Of a stretch of DNA of 64,000 bases, positions 30,054 to 38,987 are shown one piece after another. Made by a program: the position numbers and the translations under genes. Location of the stretch: the NCBI GenBank assembly GCA_963816355.1, contig CAWFKH010000006.1:32001-96000 (forward strand), given 5' to 3'. The notes beneath the pieces were generated by a model. That model did not search any database and was not told where the DNA came from. It saw only the letters and a program-made list of their open reading frames with translations. Position 1 is the first letter of the stretch, and every line of letters starts with the position of its first letter. Source of the DNA: an uncultured Gemmatimonadales bacterium (lineage in GTDB: Bacteria; Gemmatimonadota; Gemmatimonadetes; Longimicrobiales; RSA9).

Positions 30054-30824
30054 CTACTCCACCAGCGCGATCACGCGCACCGGGCTGCCGCTCCCGCCCA
30101 CGATACGGAGCGGGGCCGCGATCACGATGGCGCCAGTGGCCGGAAGCCGGTCGAGATTGCAGAGGCTGGCGAGCCCGAATTTGCCGCCGCCGTGCATGGT
30201 GGCGTGGTTGGGGAAGGGCGGATCGAAGGTGCCGGCCTGTCCGGCGTCGGTGCCGATCGTCTCCACGCCGACGCCCAGGATGTCGCGCGCGACGAGCAGC
30301 TCGGAGGCGTCCCTGCGGAAGCCGGGCGCGTGCGGTCCGTCCTCCGCCACGTTGAGGAACTCCACCGGGTCGGTGCGCCGGCTCCAGTCGGTGCGCAGCA
30401 GCACCCAGGAGCCGGCGGCGATGCGGCCGTGCTCCTCCTCCCAGCGCTCGATCCGCTCCGGCGTGAGCAGGAAGTCGGGGTCCTCCGCCACGTCCGCGCT
30501 CACGTCGATCACGCACGCCGGTCCGAGAAAGCGGCGCGCGGGGATCGTGTCGCAGCGGTTCTGCGGCAGGTCCTTCCCCGTCACCCAGTGCACCGGCGCG
30601 TCGAAGTGCGTGCCGGTGTGCTCGCCGAGGTGGAGCGTGTTCCAGTACCAGCCGGGACCGCGCTCGTCGTAGCGGCTGATCACCTCCATCGTCAGCGGCG
30701 GGGACGGCGCGAAGACCTCCGGCAGGCCGATGACCGGCGTGTCGGGGCCGAGCGGCTGCGTCAGGTCGACGACCTCGATCGAGCCGTCGGCGAGCGCCGC
30801 GGCGAGGGTGGCGAGCAGGGACAA
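30054..30824 (-). CDS. cyclase-family metal hydrolase, isatin-hydrolase/kynurenine-formamidase-like
   Basis: HTGTHFDAP motif, 'HWVTGKD', 'GTDAGQA', 'GSGSPVR'; TTG start after AGAAGGAGAG. Confidence 0.85.
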   Translation of the reverse strand: MSLLATLAAALADGSIEVVDLTQPLGPDTPVIGLPEVFAPSPPLTMEVISRYDERGPGWYWNTLHLGEHTGTHFDAPVHWVTGKDLPQNRCDTIPARRFLGPACVIDVSADVAEDPDFLLTPERIERWEEEHGRIAAGSWVLLRTDWSRRTDPVEFLNVAEDGPHAPGFRRDASELLVARDILGVGVETIGTDAGQAGTFDPPFPNHATMHGGGKFGLASLCNLDRLPATGAIVIAAPLRIVGGSGSPVRVIALVE

Positions 30825-30885
30825 GACGGTCTCTCCTTCTCGATGGGGGTTCGACGAAGTGCGTATCTCGCGCCCGCGGCGACCC

Positions 30886-31494
30886 TCACGTGGCGACGGA
30901 GCCGTCGGCGTTTCCGGCGCGGCGTCGCTTCATCGCTTCGACCGCGCGCCTGAAGCGGAACGCGTTCTCGGGCAGGTGCAGGTCCATGCCGTAGTGGTCC
31001 GGCCCCGTGGCGCGGACCTTCGCGACGACGACGCCGAGGTCCTCGCGCTCGAGCGCTGCGACGAACGCCTCGCCGAACTCCATCGCGGTGCCCGCCTCGG
31101 CCACGTGAGGCACACCGGCGCCGCGGGCGATCGCGGCGAGGTCGGCGAGGCCCGACGTCGTATGCGTGTCGAAGCCGCCGGTGGAGAGGAGGCTGCCGTT
31201 GTCGAAGATCACGAGGACCAGGTTGCGCGGCCGGTAGCGCGCGATGGTGGCGAGCGAGCCGAGGTTCATGAGCACGGAGCCGTCGCCGTCGAGGACGATC
31301 ACGCGCTCGCCGGGCAGGTGCAGCGCGAGGCCGAGGCCGATCGAGGAGGCGAGCCCCATCGCGTGCTGGAGGTAGAAGAAGTTGTCGCGGTGGCCGAGGT
31401 CGTAGAGCTCCTGGGCGCAGGCGCCCATGATCGTGACGACGAGCCGGTCCTCCAGCTCGGGGTAGATCATCTCGAGGCACGCCGCCCGCTCCAT
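30886..31494 (-). CDS. ThDP-dependent decarboxylase beta subunit (ComE/phosphonopyruvate-decarboxylase-like)
   Basis: 'AMGLASSIGLG', ThDP motif GDGS...DN. Confidence 0.85.
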   Translation of the reverse strand: MERAACLEMIYPELEDRLVVTIMGACAQELYDLGHRDNFFYLQHAMGLASSIGLGLALHLPGERVIVLDGDGSVLMNLGSLATIARYRPRNLVLVIFDNGSLLSTGGFDTHTTSGLADLAAIARGAGVPHVAEAGTAMEFGEAFVAALEREDLGVVVAKVRATGPDHYGMDLHLPENAFRFRRAVEAMKRRRAGNADGSVAT

Positions 31495-31524
31495 CAGCGC
31501 TCCTCTCCCGTGCCGGGCCCCATC

Positions 31525-32034
31525 TCAGTCCTCCATAAGGTCGCGCGTCAGCAGGAGCGCGACCGGGTAGAGGGAGCTCTGCGAGAAGGTGTACGCCTCG
31601 CGGATCTGGCGGCCGACCTTCGCCGGGTCGCGCGCGTATTCGAACGGGATCGACAGCGCGCGCAGCACCGCTTCCGTCACCGTGCCGCCGCGCGTGTGCC
31701 ACGGGTACGGCTCGCCCCAGTGGCCGCGCAGTGCGATCAGCATGCAGAGCGGGATGTGGTAGAGCTGGGCGAGCGAGACGATGCCGTTGATGGCGGCGAG
31801 GAAGCCGTGGTTCTGCATCAGCAGCAGGTGCGGCTCGCCCGCGAAGTAGGCGCCCGCCGCGATGCCGATCGCCTCTTCCTCCTTCGCGACCTGGACCAGC
31901 GAGACCTCCGGGTCGTCCTCCGCGCGCTGCAGCAGCAGGCCCAGCCACGTCTCCGGCAGCGCCGAGATCGAGCGGATCCCGGCGGCCTTGATCCCTTCGA
32001 AGACGATCCTCGAATTGTCGTAGGAAACGGTCAT
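31525..32034 (-). CDS. ThDP-dependent decarboxylase alpha subunit (ComD-like)
   Basis: 'KEEEAIGIAAG', 'LMQNHG', 'IALRG'. Confidence 0.85.
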   Translation of the reverse strand: MTVSYDNSRIVFEGIKAAGIRSISALPETWLGLLLQRAEDDPEVSLVQVAKEEEAIGIAAGAYFAGEPHLLLMQNHGFLAAINGIVSLAQLYHIPLCMLIALRGHWGEPYPWHTRGGTVTEAVLRALSIPFEYARDPAKVGRQIREAYTFSQSSLYPVALLLTRDLMED

Positions 32035-32053
32035 CCGTAGCTCAGCATCCCCC

Positions 32054-32629
32054 TCAAGCCGCGCGCAGGCTCGCGCACGGGCACGTCCCCCGGTACGGCG
32101 GCTCGTCTCCCGCCGCGCCGCACGCGACGAGGTCTGCGATCTCGCCGGCCGTCGTCGCACCGTGGTCGCGAGCGTACCAGCGCCGCAGTTCGCGGTAGCG
32201 CTCCGTCTTATCGAGCCGTCGGCCCTCCACCTCGAACCAGCGCTGCAGCGGGCCGGGCCTCGGACCCCACCAGCCACGCGCCGTGCCCTCCTCGTCCAGG
32301 AGCACGAAGACGGGGATCGCGCGGCTGGTTCCCGTGAGGTGGCGCTCCATCAGACCCGGGACCTCTTCCCGGCCGACAATGCGCAGCTCGAGGTTCTCCG
32401 CCGCCTCGGCGAGCTTCGCCACGACCGGAAGGATGTTGACGGCGTCGCCGCACCAGTCGTCGGCGAGCGCGAGGAGCCGCCAGCGCCCCGGCGTCGCCGA
32501 GACCCGGTCGAGGGCCGCCTTCGGAGGCGTCACACGCGCCGCGACGGCCATCCAGAGGTCGCGGCTCGCGACCGCGCCGCCCAGGAACTCGCCAAACGTC
32601 TTTCCCTGCCGATATGCCTGCTCGTACAT
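32054..32629 (-). CDS. thioredoxin-family protein (WCGD type)
   Basis: 'DDWCGD', 'RAIP', 'WGPRP'. Confidence 0.85.
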   Translation of the reverse strand: MYEQAYRQGKTFGEFLGGAVASRDLWMAVAARVTPPKAALDRVSATPGRWRLLALADDWCGDAVNILPVVAKLAEAAENLELRIVGREEVPGLMERHLTGTSRAIPVFVLLDEEGTARGWWGPRPGPLQRWFEVEGRRLDKTERYRELRRWYARDHGATTAGEIADLVACGAAGDEPPYRGTCPCASLRAA

Positions 32630-32704
32630 GGACTCTCTCCCTCGCTCTCTCTTCCCGATCCAACGGTGCGCGGCGGGTCCCGCGCGATCCACCCCTCGGC
32701 GCCC

Positions 32705-32732
32705 CAACCGCCCCGCGGCCGGGGACGGTTCC
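32705..32732 (-). promoter_or_regulatory. ECF sigma promoter for thioredoxin gene
   Basis: GGAAC-N19-GTTG (GGAACCGTCC...CGGTTG). Confidence 0.65.
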
Positions 32733-32751
32733 CGCCGCGCCGGACCGCGTG

Positions 32752-32873
32752 GGTCCGCGGCGAGGTCCGCGGCGGATCGCGGCGAGGACTGCGGCGGTCC
32801 GCGGCGAGGTCCGCGGCGGATCGCGGCGAGGTCCGCGGCGGATCGCGGCGAGGACTGCGGCGGATCGCGGCGA
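32752..32873. repeat. 11-12 bp degenerate tandem repeat (cgcggcgaggtc / cgcggcggat)
   Basis: Directly visible. Confidence 0.8.
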
Positions 32874-33215
32874 AGACCATGCCGGCCGGCGGACGGAGCG
32901 CCCGAAAAAGGCTGCTTGGCGCTCTGCGTCGGTCCTGGCCGGCGCCGGGGGACGTCAACTCGTCCCCTCGCCGGACCCCTCCCGGCGTGGGGCAAACCGG
33001 ACGGCTCCGAGAGCGGTCAACTCCACCCCTCGCCCGAAGCCGCGTCCGGGCGGGGCCATTGCGACCGCGCCTCGCGCTGTCCGATCCGCCCCGGATCGGA
33101 AATGGCGGCCGGCGGGGTGAGTTTGGCGGCGATCACGGACGGTGCCGACCGGCCGTCGAGCGAACGAGGAGGCAAAGGCAGCGAGCCAGCAAGCCACCCC
33201 CGAACGGGACGCGAG

Positions 33216-33242
33216 GGAACGCTCGCGGCGCCTCTCCGGTTG
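33216..33242 (+). promoter_or_regulatory. ECF sigma promoter for secreted hypothetical gene
   Basis: GGAAC-N18-GTTG about 45 nt upstream of ATG. Confidence 0.7.
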
Positions 33243-33286
33243 GGCCGGCCGGAAGGTAGCACGCGACCCGATCAGGAGAGATCCGG

Positions 33287-34069
33287 ATGAACACGCGCAC
33301 GCTCGCCCGCCGGCGGATGACCCGCATGGCGCGCACCATTACCCTGGCCGCGATCGTGCTCGCCGCGGCGGCGGCCCTGCCGCTTCCCTCGTCGGCGCTC
33401 CACGCGCAGACGAAGACGATCACCGTCCGCGCTGATCGCGAGGCGATCATGATCTATCCCGGCCCGGCCCCGATGGCGGACAGCGCCGCGGCGGTGATCG
33501 CCAAGATGCCGCCGGAAGCGCAGAAGATGATGGGAATGATGGCGAAGATGGGCCCCTTCTCGAACAACGCGAAGGCGGTCACGGGCACGTTCCGGATGGA
33601 GGCGACGGACGCCGGCGCGAGCGGCGACGCGGTGAACGCCGTCGCGGAGTTCACCGACGCGCAGGGTGCGAAGTGGCGCGTCGTGACGGACCGCCTGGCG
33701 ACGAAGGACGAGCCGATGCTGCCGCACTTCGGCGGCGTCGTCACCGACTGGGTTTCGCACGGCTCGACCGGGATGAACGTGCCGCTCGTCCCGACGGTGC
33801 GCGACGCCGTGTCGCTGTGGGGCCTCAGCAGGGTGTGGAAGGACGGCAAGCTGGTCACCGACGCTGAGCCGACGCACATCATGGTCACCTCGCGCACGCG
33901 CGGCGACGCGTCGCAGGGATACGCCTACCAGTGCTGGAACTGCACGCAGCGGCCGATGGGCGAGGTCCACGTGATGCTGCGTCCGAAGGACGGGATGGGC
34001 GTGCAGCTCCCCAGCCCGGGCGGCTTCATCCACGCGATGTGGGAGCAGAGCGCGGTCGAGACGCACTGA
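33287..34069 (+). CDS. secreted Met/His/Cys-rich hypothetical protein
   Basis: AGGAG RBS, signal peptide ending 'ALHA', motifs SHG, THIM, CWNC, VHVM, FIHAMWE. Confidence 0.75.
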   Translation: MNTRTLARRRMTRMARTITLAAIVLAAAAALPLPSSALHAQTKTITVRADREAIMIYPGPAPMADSAAAVIAKMPPEAQKMMGMMAKMGPFSNNAKAVTGTFRMEATDAGASGDAVNAVAEFTDAQGAKWRVVTDRLATKDEPMLPHFGGVVTDWVSHGSTGMNVPLVPTVRDAVSLWGLSRVWKDGKLVTDAEPTHIMVTSRTRGDASQGYAYQCWNCTQRPMGEVHVMLRPKDGMGVQLPSPGGFIHAMWEQSAVETH

Positions 34070-34141
34070 CGCTGCGCGCGAGCGGGAAATTCGAACGGCT
34101 TCCTCGATCGAGGGCGGGCGATCCGCCCGCCCTCACCTCCC

Positions 34142-34396
34142 TCACCCCGCCTCCTGCTCCAGAATCCGCTCAAACAGGCGCCGGCGCAGCTCCGGACGGG
34201 CAACGTCGCGCTCGCGGATCTGACGCGCGTACTCGAAGTAAGCGCGCTGGAAGTCGTACTGCGGGTAGCAGCGGTGACACACCTCGAGATGCTTGCGCAC
34301 GGCGTTCTCCTCGCCCGCCGGCAGCTCGCCGTCCAGAAAGTCCCACAGGCGCGCGAGCGCATCCTCGCAACGCATCATTCCCATCGCTTCCATCAT
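34142..34396 (-). CDS. zinc-binding anti-sigma factor (zf-HC2/ZAS, RsrA/RshA-like)
   Basis: 'CEDALARLWDFLDGEL', HxxxCxxC (HLEVCHRC); no TM segment; overlaps sigma stop codon. Confidence 0.9.
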   Translation of the reverse strand: MMEAMGMMRCEDALARLWDFLDGELPAGEENAVRKHLEVCHRCYPQYDFQRAYFEYARQIRERDVARPELRRRLFERILEQEAG

Positions 34397-35091
34397 GGCG
34401 TCGCCTCCTCGCGCACGTAGCCGGAGCGAACCGCGAATTCCCGCAGCTGCCCCTGCAGCATTCTCCTGGCCCGGAAGAGACGGCTCTTCGCCGTCCCCAG
34501 CGGGATTCCGAGCACTTCGGCGACTTCGCCGTACTTCAGGTCGCCCAGGTCGCTCAGCACGAGCACATCCCGGAAATCCTCCGGTAGCGCGTCGATCGCC
34601 TCCACTACCTCGTCATCGACGAGCCGGTCGAAGAACTCACGCTCCGGGTCCGAGCCGGGCTTCTCGAAATCCGACGCCGCCGCGAGCGCCTCGATGCCCG
34701 CGTCGAGATCCGACGCCGGCCTCTCGCGCTGATTGCGCACCAGTTCCTTCTGGTGGAGATAGGTGTTGCGACAGATCGTGAACAGCCACGACTTGGCGTT
34801 GGTGCCCCGCTGGAACGTGTGCCAGAAGCGGTGCGCGCGCAGGAACGTGTCCTGCACCAGGTCCTCCGCCGCGTCCGGGTCCCCACGGTGGAGTCGGAGC
34901 GCGAAGCGGAAGACCGCGTCGAGCCACGGCAGCGCCTCCTCGGCGAAGCCGTCGCGCGCGAGCTCCGGTTCGTCGCCCCGCGCCGGGGGCGTCCCCTCGC
35001 GCGCGCGGCCGGGGGCGACGTCGTCGTGTCGCGGTCCGGCGAGCATCGCCCACGCCATGCGGACGCGGTCGAACAGAGCCTCCCGACTCAT
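34393..35091 (-). CDS. ECF RNA polymerase sigma factor (SigR/SigH-like)
   Basis: 'AEDLVQDTFLRA', 'GTNAKSWLFTI', 'GTAKSRLFRAR'. Confidence 0.9.
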   Translation of the reverse strand: MSREALFDRVRMAWAMLAGPRHDDVAPGRAREGTPPARGDEPELARDGFAEEALPWLDAVFRFALRLHRGDPDAAEDLVQDTFLRAHRFWHTFQRGTNAKSWLFTICRNTYLHQKELVRNQRERPASDLDAGIEALAAASDFEKPGSDPEREFFDRLVDDEVVEAIDALPEDFRDVLVLSDLGDLKYGEVAEVLGIPLGTAKSRLFRARRMLQGQLREFAVRSGYVREEATP

Positions 35092-35144
35092 TCCACCCTC
35101 TCCTTCGTCGCATCGTGCGCCCCGGGATCCCGGGGGTACCGACC

Positions 35145-35171
35145 CAACCGGACGTCGCGACGGACGGTTCC
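35145..35171 (-). promoter_or_regulatory. autoregulatory ECF promoter
   Basis: GGAACCGTCCgtcgcgacgtCCGGTTG (GGAAC-N18-GTTG) upstream of sigma gene. Confidence 0.75.
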
Positions 35172-35282
35172 AGCGGTTTCACGGCGGGAAGGAGTCGCTC
35201 GAACGGGCACCCGCCCCAGACCGCCCGCGCCGACTGCCCGAACGGGCTCGCGACGGACGCGATCGGCCCTCGATCGGCGGCG

Positions 35283-36188
35283 CTAGCGGATGCGCGCGAT
35301 GCCGTTCCCCGGCTCGGGGAAGCGGACGAACACCTCCGGATCGTGGCCGGGTACGATCAAGCGCACGTCGGCGGCGAGCCGGCGCATGCGGTCCTGCGCG
35401 CGCAGGTTGGACGCGGCGTCGAATGTCTGCGCGATCGGGACGTGGCGCTCCAGGTTCTCGTACAGGTAGACGTTGTCCGAGGCGACGACGACGGTGCCGG
35501 CGTCGGTGTGCACGCCCGCGTACTGGGACGCGTAGGTGTGGCGGCCGCCGGTATAGACGCGGATGCCCGGCAGGATCTCCCGGTCGTCGCCGTCGACCAG
35601 CGTGACGCGTCCTTCCTCGTGAAGCTTTACGAGCAGGGCTGCATCATCGCGGTCGACCCCGGTGTTGCCGCTCGCGCCGGCGCCGCTCGTGTAGTAGTCG
35701 TACTCCGCCTTCTGCACCCAGATGCGGGCGTTCGGGAAGAGGTCGAGCCCGCCCGCGTGGTCCCAGTGCATGTGCGAGAGGATCACGTCCGTGACCTGCT
35801 CCGGCGCCACTCCCGCCGCCGCGACGGCTGCGGCCGCCGTGCGGTAGTCGCGCGGATGGAAGCGGTCGATGTAGCGCTGGCGGTGGAAGCCGACGTCGAC
35901 GAGCACGTTCCTGCCCCGCGCACCCTTCAACAGCCACACCATCATCGCGAGGTCGAGGGTGCGGCCGGAGTCCGCGTCCGCGATCAGCGCGCGAATGGGA
36001 AAGCCGGGGATGGTGGCGTAGCGGATGGCGTAGACGCCGTACGTCGAGTCGGCGCCGGGATCCCCCGGACCTTCGCCGGCCCGGCCCGCCGCGCCTGCGG
36101 GCCGGCCGGGATTCGCGCCGTTCGCGCCGCCGGCCGCGAGCGCGGCGAGGAGCGGCAGCAGCAGCGCGCGCGAGGTCACGCCGACCAC
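35283..36188 (-). CDS. secreted metallo-beta-lactamase-fold hydrolase (AHL-lactonase family)
   Basis: HxHxDH 'SHMHWDH', 'GRHT', 'ASDN', 'VPGHD'. Confidence 0.85.
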   Translation of the reverse strand: MVGVTSRALLLPLLAALAAGGANGANPGRPAGAAGRAGEGPGDPGADSTYGVYAIRYATIPGFPIRALIADADSGRTLDLAMMVWLLKGARGRNVLVDVGFHRQRYIDRFHPRDYRTAAAAVAAAGVAPEQVTDVILSHMHWDHAGGLDLFPNARIWVQKAEYDYYTSGAGASGNTGVDRDDAALLVKLHEEGRVTLVDGDDREILPGIRVYTGGRHTYASQYAGVHTDAGTVVVASDNVYLYENLERHVPIAQTFDAASNLRAQDRMRRLAADVRLIVPGHDPEVFVRFPEPGNGIARIR

Positions 36189-36210
36189 GGCTCGTCGGTG
36201 TCGGCGAGGC

Positions 36211-37581
36211 TCATCTCCTACCTCCCCCTGCGGGCGGTGAGTGCAGCTCGAGCGCCATCGAGCGGAAGTCGAGAACGTACTCGTCGAAGCCGCTCAGCGC
36301 ATCACGGCCGAGGTTGCACATGACATCGTCACGCGCGGCGGGGCGGATCGAGCGCGTGTACACCTCGATGCTGTCCATGCGCACCGGCGTGCCCGCGACC
36401 TCCAGCACCGTCGGCGGCAGCATGAAGACGGGGAAGCGCCGCATGCCACCGGCGCCGCCGCGCGTCACGGTGTCGGCACGGCCGACGCGCTCGACGTCGA
36501 GGTGGTGCGCCCTGTAGTACGGCGCGTACAGCGTCGTCGTGCCGGCGCCGGTGTCGAGCTGGCAGGCGAGCGTGTCGCCCCGCAGCACCACCGGTACGAA
36601 GAGGGAGTACTGGTCCAGCGCCAGCGTGCCGCCGCGGCCGCCGCCCGGCTCCGCCGCAACGCGGTACGTGCCGTCGCGCCGGTAGCCGACCTCGCCGAGC
36701 GCGTCCAGCACCGGGAAGCCGAGCAGCCCCGGAATCCGAAAGCCGCCGGCGAACGTCAGCAGCGAGTCCGGCAGAACCAGGAAGACGACGTGGCGCACCA
36801 CCACGCCCCCCACCTCGACGCGATCGGCGACGGCGAGGTCCGCGCGCACCGTGACGTCCGTCGACGTGCCCACCTCCACGCCCGCAGCCCGCGTCCGCAA
36901 CCCGAGGTCGGCCGCCTCGGACGCCATGATCGCCGACAGATTCGCGCCGCTGTCGAAGAAGAACCGCTTGCCGCGTCCGTCGATGACCACCGGGATCGCT
37001 CCGCTCTGTGGCCGGATGATCGCGCCGTGCCGCGCCTCGACCGCCTGCGGCGGCACCCCCCGCAGCGCCTCGAGCAGGCGGATCGTGTTGGCGACGTCGG
37101 CGCGCGTCGCCGAATCGGCGAGCGGCGAGGCGACCAGGCGGCGCGCCGTCGCCAGCGCCTCGCCGTAGCGGTAGAGTCCCACCTCGTTGTGCAGCCGCAG
37201 CCGCGCCGCCAGGAAGGTCACCGAGTCCGGCGTCGGCTCCGGCGAAGCCTCCAGACGCGCGAGCAGCTCCTCCGAGCGCGCCCGCCGGCCGAACGCGCCC
37301 TCGACCGCGGCGCGCAGGTAGATCGACCACGCATTCCCACGCTCGTCCAGCTCGCGCATGCGGTCCGCCAGACGGAAATAGTCGTGCGTACGCCGAAGCT
37401 CGAGCAGCGCCGCGCGCGTCGAGTCCGGCAGCGGCGCCGTGTCGGGGCCGCCGCCGGCGCCGCAGCCCGCCTGCACCGTCGCCGCGAGCGCGACCGGACC
37501 GAGGAGGCGGAGAACGCGAACGCGGCGCGCGCGTGCGGCTCGCCGCAGCCGCGCCGCCGCCCGCCGCGCTGCCGGCAGCAC
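36211..37581 (-). CDS. retropepsin-like aspartyl protease (two domains), probable lipoprotein
   Basis: 'FDSGA..GLLG' and 'LDTGA..NLG' motifs; start approximate. Confidence 0.8.
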   Translation of the reverse strand: MLPAARRAAARLRRAARARRVRVLRLLGPVALAATVQAGCGAGGGPDTAPLPDSTRAALLELRRTHDYFRLADRMRELDERGNAWSIYLRAAVEGAFGRRARSEELLARLEASPEPTPDSVTFLAARLRLHNEVGLYRYGEALATARRLVASPLADSATRADVANTIRLLEALRGVPPQAVEARHGAIIRPQSGAIPVVIDGRGKRFFFDSGANLSAIMASEAADLGLRTRAAGVEVGTSTDVTVRADLAVADRVEVGGVVVRHVVFLVLPDSLLTFAGGFRIPGLLGFPVLDALGEVGYRRDGTYRVAAEPGGGRGGTLALDQYSLFVPVVLRGDTLACQLDTGAGTTTLYAPYYRAHHLDVERVGRADTVTRGGAGGMRRFPVFMLPPTVLEVAGTPVRMDSIEVYTRSIRPAARDDVMCNLGRDALSGFDEYVLDFRSMALELHSPPAGGGRR

Positions 37582-37582
37582 G

Positions 37583-38236
37583 CTACGCCCGCTCCGCCAG
37601 CACTTCGAAGCAGCAGCTCGGCCGCGGTCCGTGATCGCAGCACTCGCGCACATCGCCCCCGCCCAGCTCCGCCACGATCGCGCGCACCACCGCGCACACC
37701 GCCGCGTGCTCGCCCACCGCGGACGAGAGCGGGCAGCCGTGGCCCACCAGCCGCCAACCGCCCTCCATCGCCACGACGTCAATGTCGCCGCCCAGCGCCC
37801 GCAGCGCGGCCGCCGCCCGCTCCACCCCCTCCCGGCTACCCCCCCTCTTCCCCGCCACCGCCCCATCAACCGCCGCCCGATCCGCCCCCGCACGCCGGCC
37901 GACTTCCTCCAGCAACGACTCCACTCCGCCCCGACCCAGCCGCTCCTCCAGCAACCCCACCAGCCCGCTCAGCACGTACGCGTACGCCTTCGGAAACAAC
38001 TCCTCCGCGTCCGCTGTCAGACGGTACAGGCTCGCCGGCTTGCCGCCGGTCTCCCGCTCCACACCCGCGGGCTCCACCAGGCCGTCCCGCTGCAGCCCCG
38101 CTACGTGCCCTCGCACCGCGTTGCCCGAGATGCCGAGCTCCGACGCCAGATCCCCCACCGAGCGCTCCGAGCGCCGCAGCAGGCTCAGCAGCCGCCCGCG
38201 CGTCGTCCCGATCAGCGTTTCGAACCAGTTCTTCAT
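37583..38236 (-). CDS. HTH transcriptional regulator with Cys-rich C-terminus (SufR-like/ArsR superfamily)
   Basis: 'NAVRGHVAGL..DGLV', 'GGKPASLYRLT', 'CPL..C..CC..CC'. Confidence 0.85.
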   Translation of the reverse strand: MKNWFETLIGTTRGRLLSLLRRSERSVGDLASELGISGNAVRGHVAGLQRDGLVEPAGVERETGGKPASLYRLTADAEELFPKAYAYVLSGLVGLLEERLGRGGVESLLEEVGRRAGADRAAVDGAVAGKRGGSREGVERAAAALRALGGDIDVVAMEGGWRLVGHGCPLSSAVGEHAAVCAVVRAIVAELGGGDVRECCDHGPRPSCCFEVLAERA

Positions 38237-38299
38237 AGCCGTCCCCTTCCGCGGCGCTCCGCCCGCCAAGCTAATCCCGGGCGTGGGCAATGGCAATTT

Positions 38300-38342
38300 A
38301 TACAATTAATGTATTGACAAAGTGCCGTCCACCCCGCATCCT
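38300..38342 (+). promoter_or_regulatory. palindromic operator abutting a sigma70 promoter
   Basis: ATACA-attaa-TGTAT (38300-38314), TTGACA 38314-38319, N17, CATCCT. Confidence 0.65.
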
Positions 38343-38405
38343 GGGGTGGCGGGGCCGCGGGGCCCCGCGCACAGGTGCGTCGACCCGAAAAGAAGGAGGC
38401 GAAGG

Positions 38406-38987
38406 ATGCGTAGCAGCCGGTGGACGTTGCGACAGGGAGCGAGGGCGGGGACGGGGATGGCGGTGCTGGCGCTGGCGGTGGCGGCGCCGTCGTCGCTGCG
38501 GGCGCAGGGGGCGCAGGCCTCGTCGGGGCCGAGCGACGCGGTGATCGCGCACATCGCGGTGACGGCGAACGCGATCGACGTGGCGATGGCGCAGTTGGCG
38601 CTGACGAAGGATGCGTCGCAGGACGTGGCGGGGTTCGCGAAGACGATGATCGGGGACCACACGGCGGTGAACAAGCGGGCGGCGGCGCTGGCGGGGCGGC
38701 TGAAGCTGACCCCGGAGGACAACGCGGTGAGCCAGAGTCTGCAGAAGGGGGCGGCGGAGGCGCGGCAGAAGCTGGAGGGGTTGAGTGGTGGGGCGTTCGA
38801 GCGGGCGTACATGGACCGTGAAGTGGCGTACCATCAGGCGGTGCTCGACGCGCTGAACAAGACGCTGATCCCGAACGCGGACAACGCGGAGCTGAAGGAA
38901 CTGCTGCAGGATGCGGCGCGCGCGGTGGAAGCGCATCTGGGTCGCGCGAAGGTGATCCGGGAGCGGCTCGGGAAGGGGGGCGCATGA
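38406..38987 (+). CDS. DUF4142 ferritin-like secreted protein
   Basis: AGGAGG RBS, 'AQLALTK', 'FAKTMIGDH', 'FERAYM..V.YH', 'AHL'. Confidence 0.85.
   Translation: MRSSRWTLRQGARAGTGMAVLALAVAAPSSLRAQGAQASSGPSDAVIAHIAVTANAIDVAMAQLALTKDASQDVAGFAKTMIGDHTAVNKRAAALAGRLKLTPEDNAVSQSLQKGAAEARQKLEGLSGGAFERAYMDREVAYHQAVLDALNKTLIPNADNAELKELLQDAARAVEAHLGRAKVIRERLGKGGA

Noticed and set aside
30886..32034. Coenzyme M or phosphonate biosynthesis
   Set aside because: No comA/B/C, cysteate synthase or PEP mutase in the window; only family-level similarity is supported
33098..33123. Additional ECF promoter GGAAA-N18-GTT
   Set aside because: Poorer match than the 33216 site and farther from the start codon
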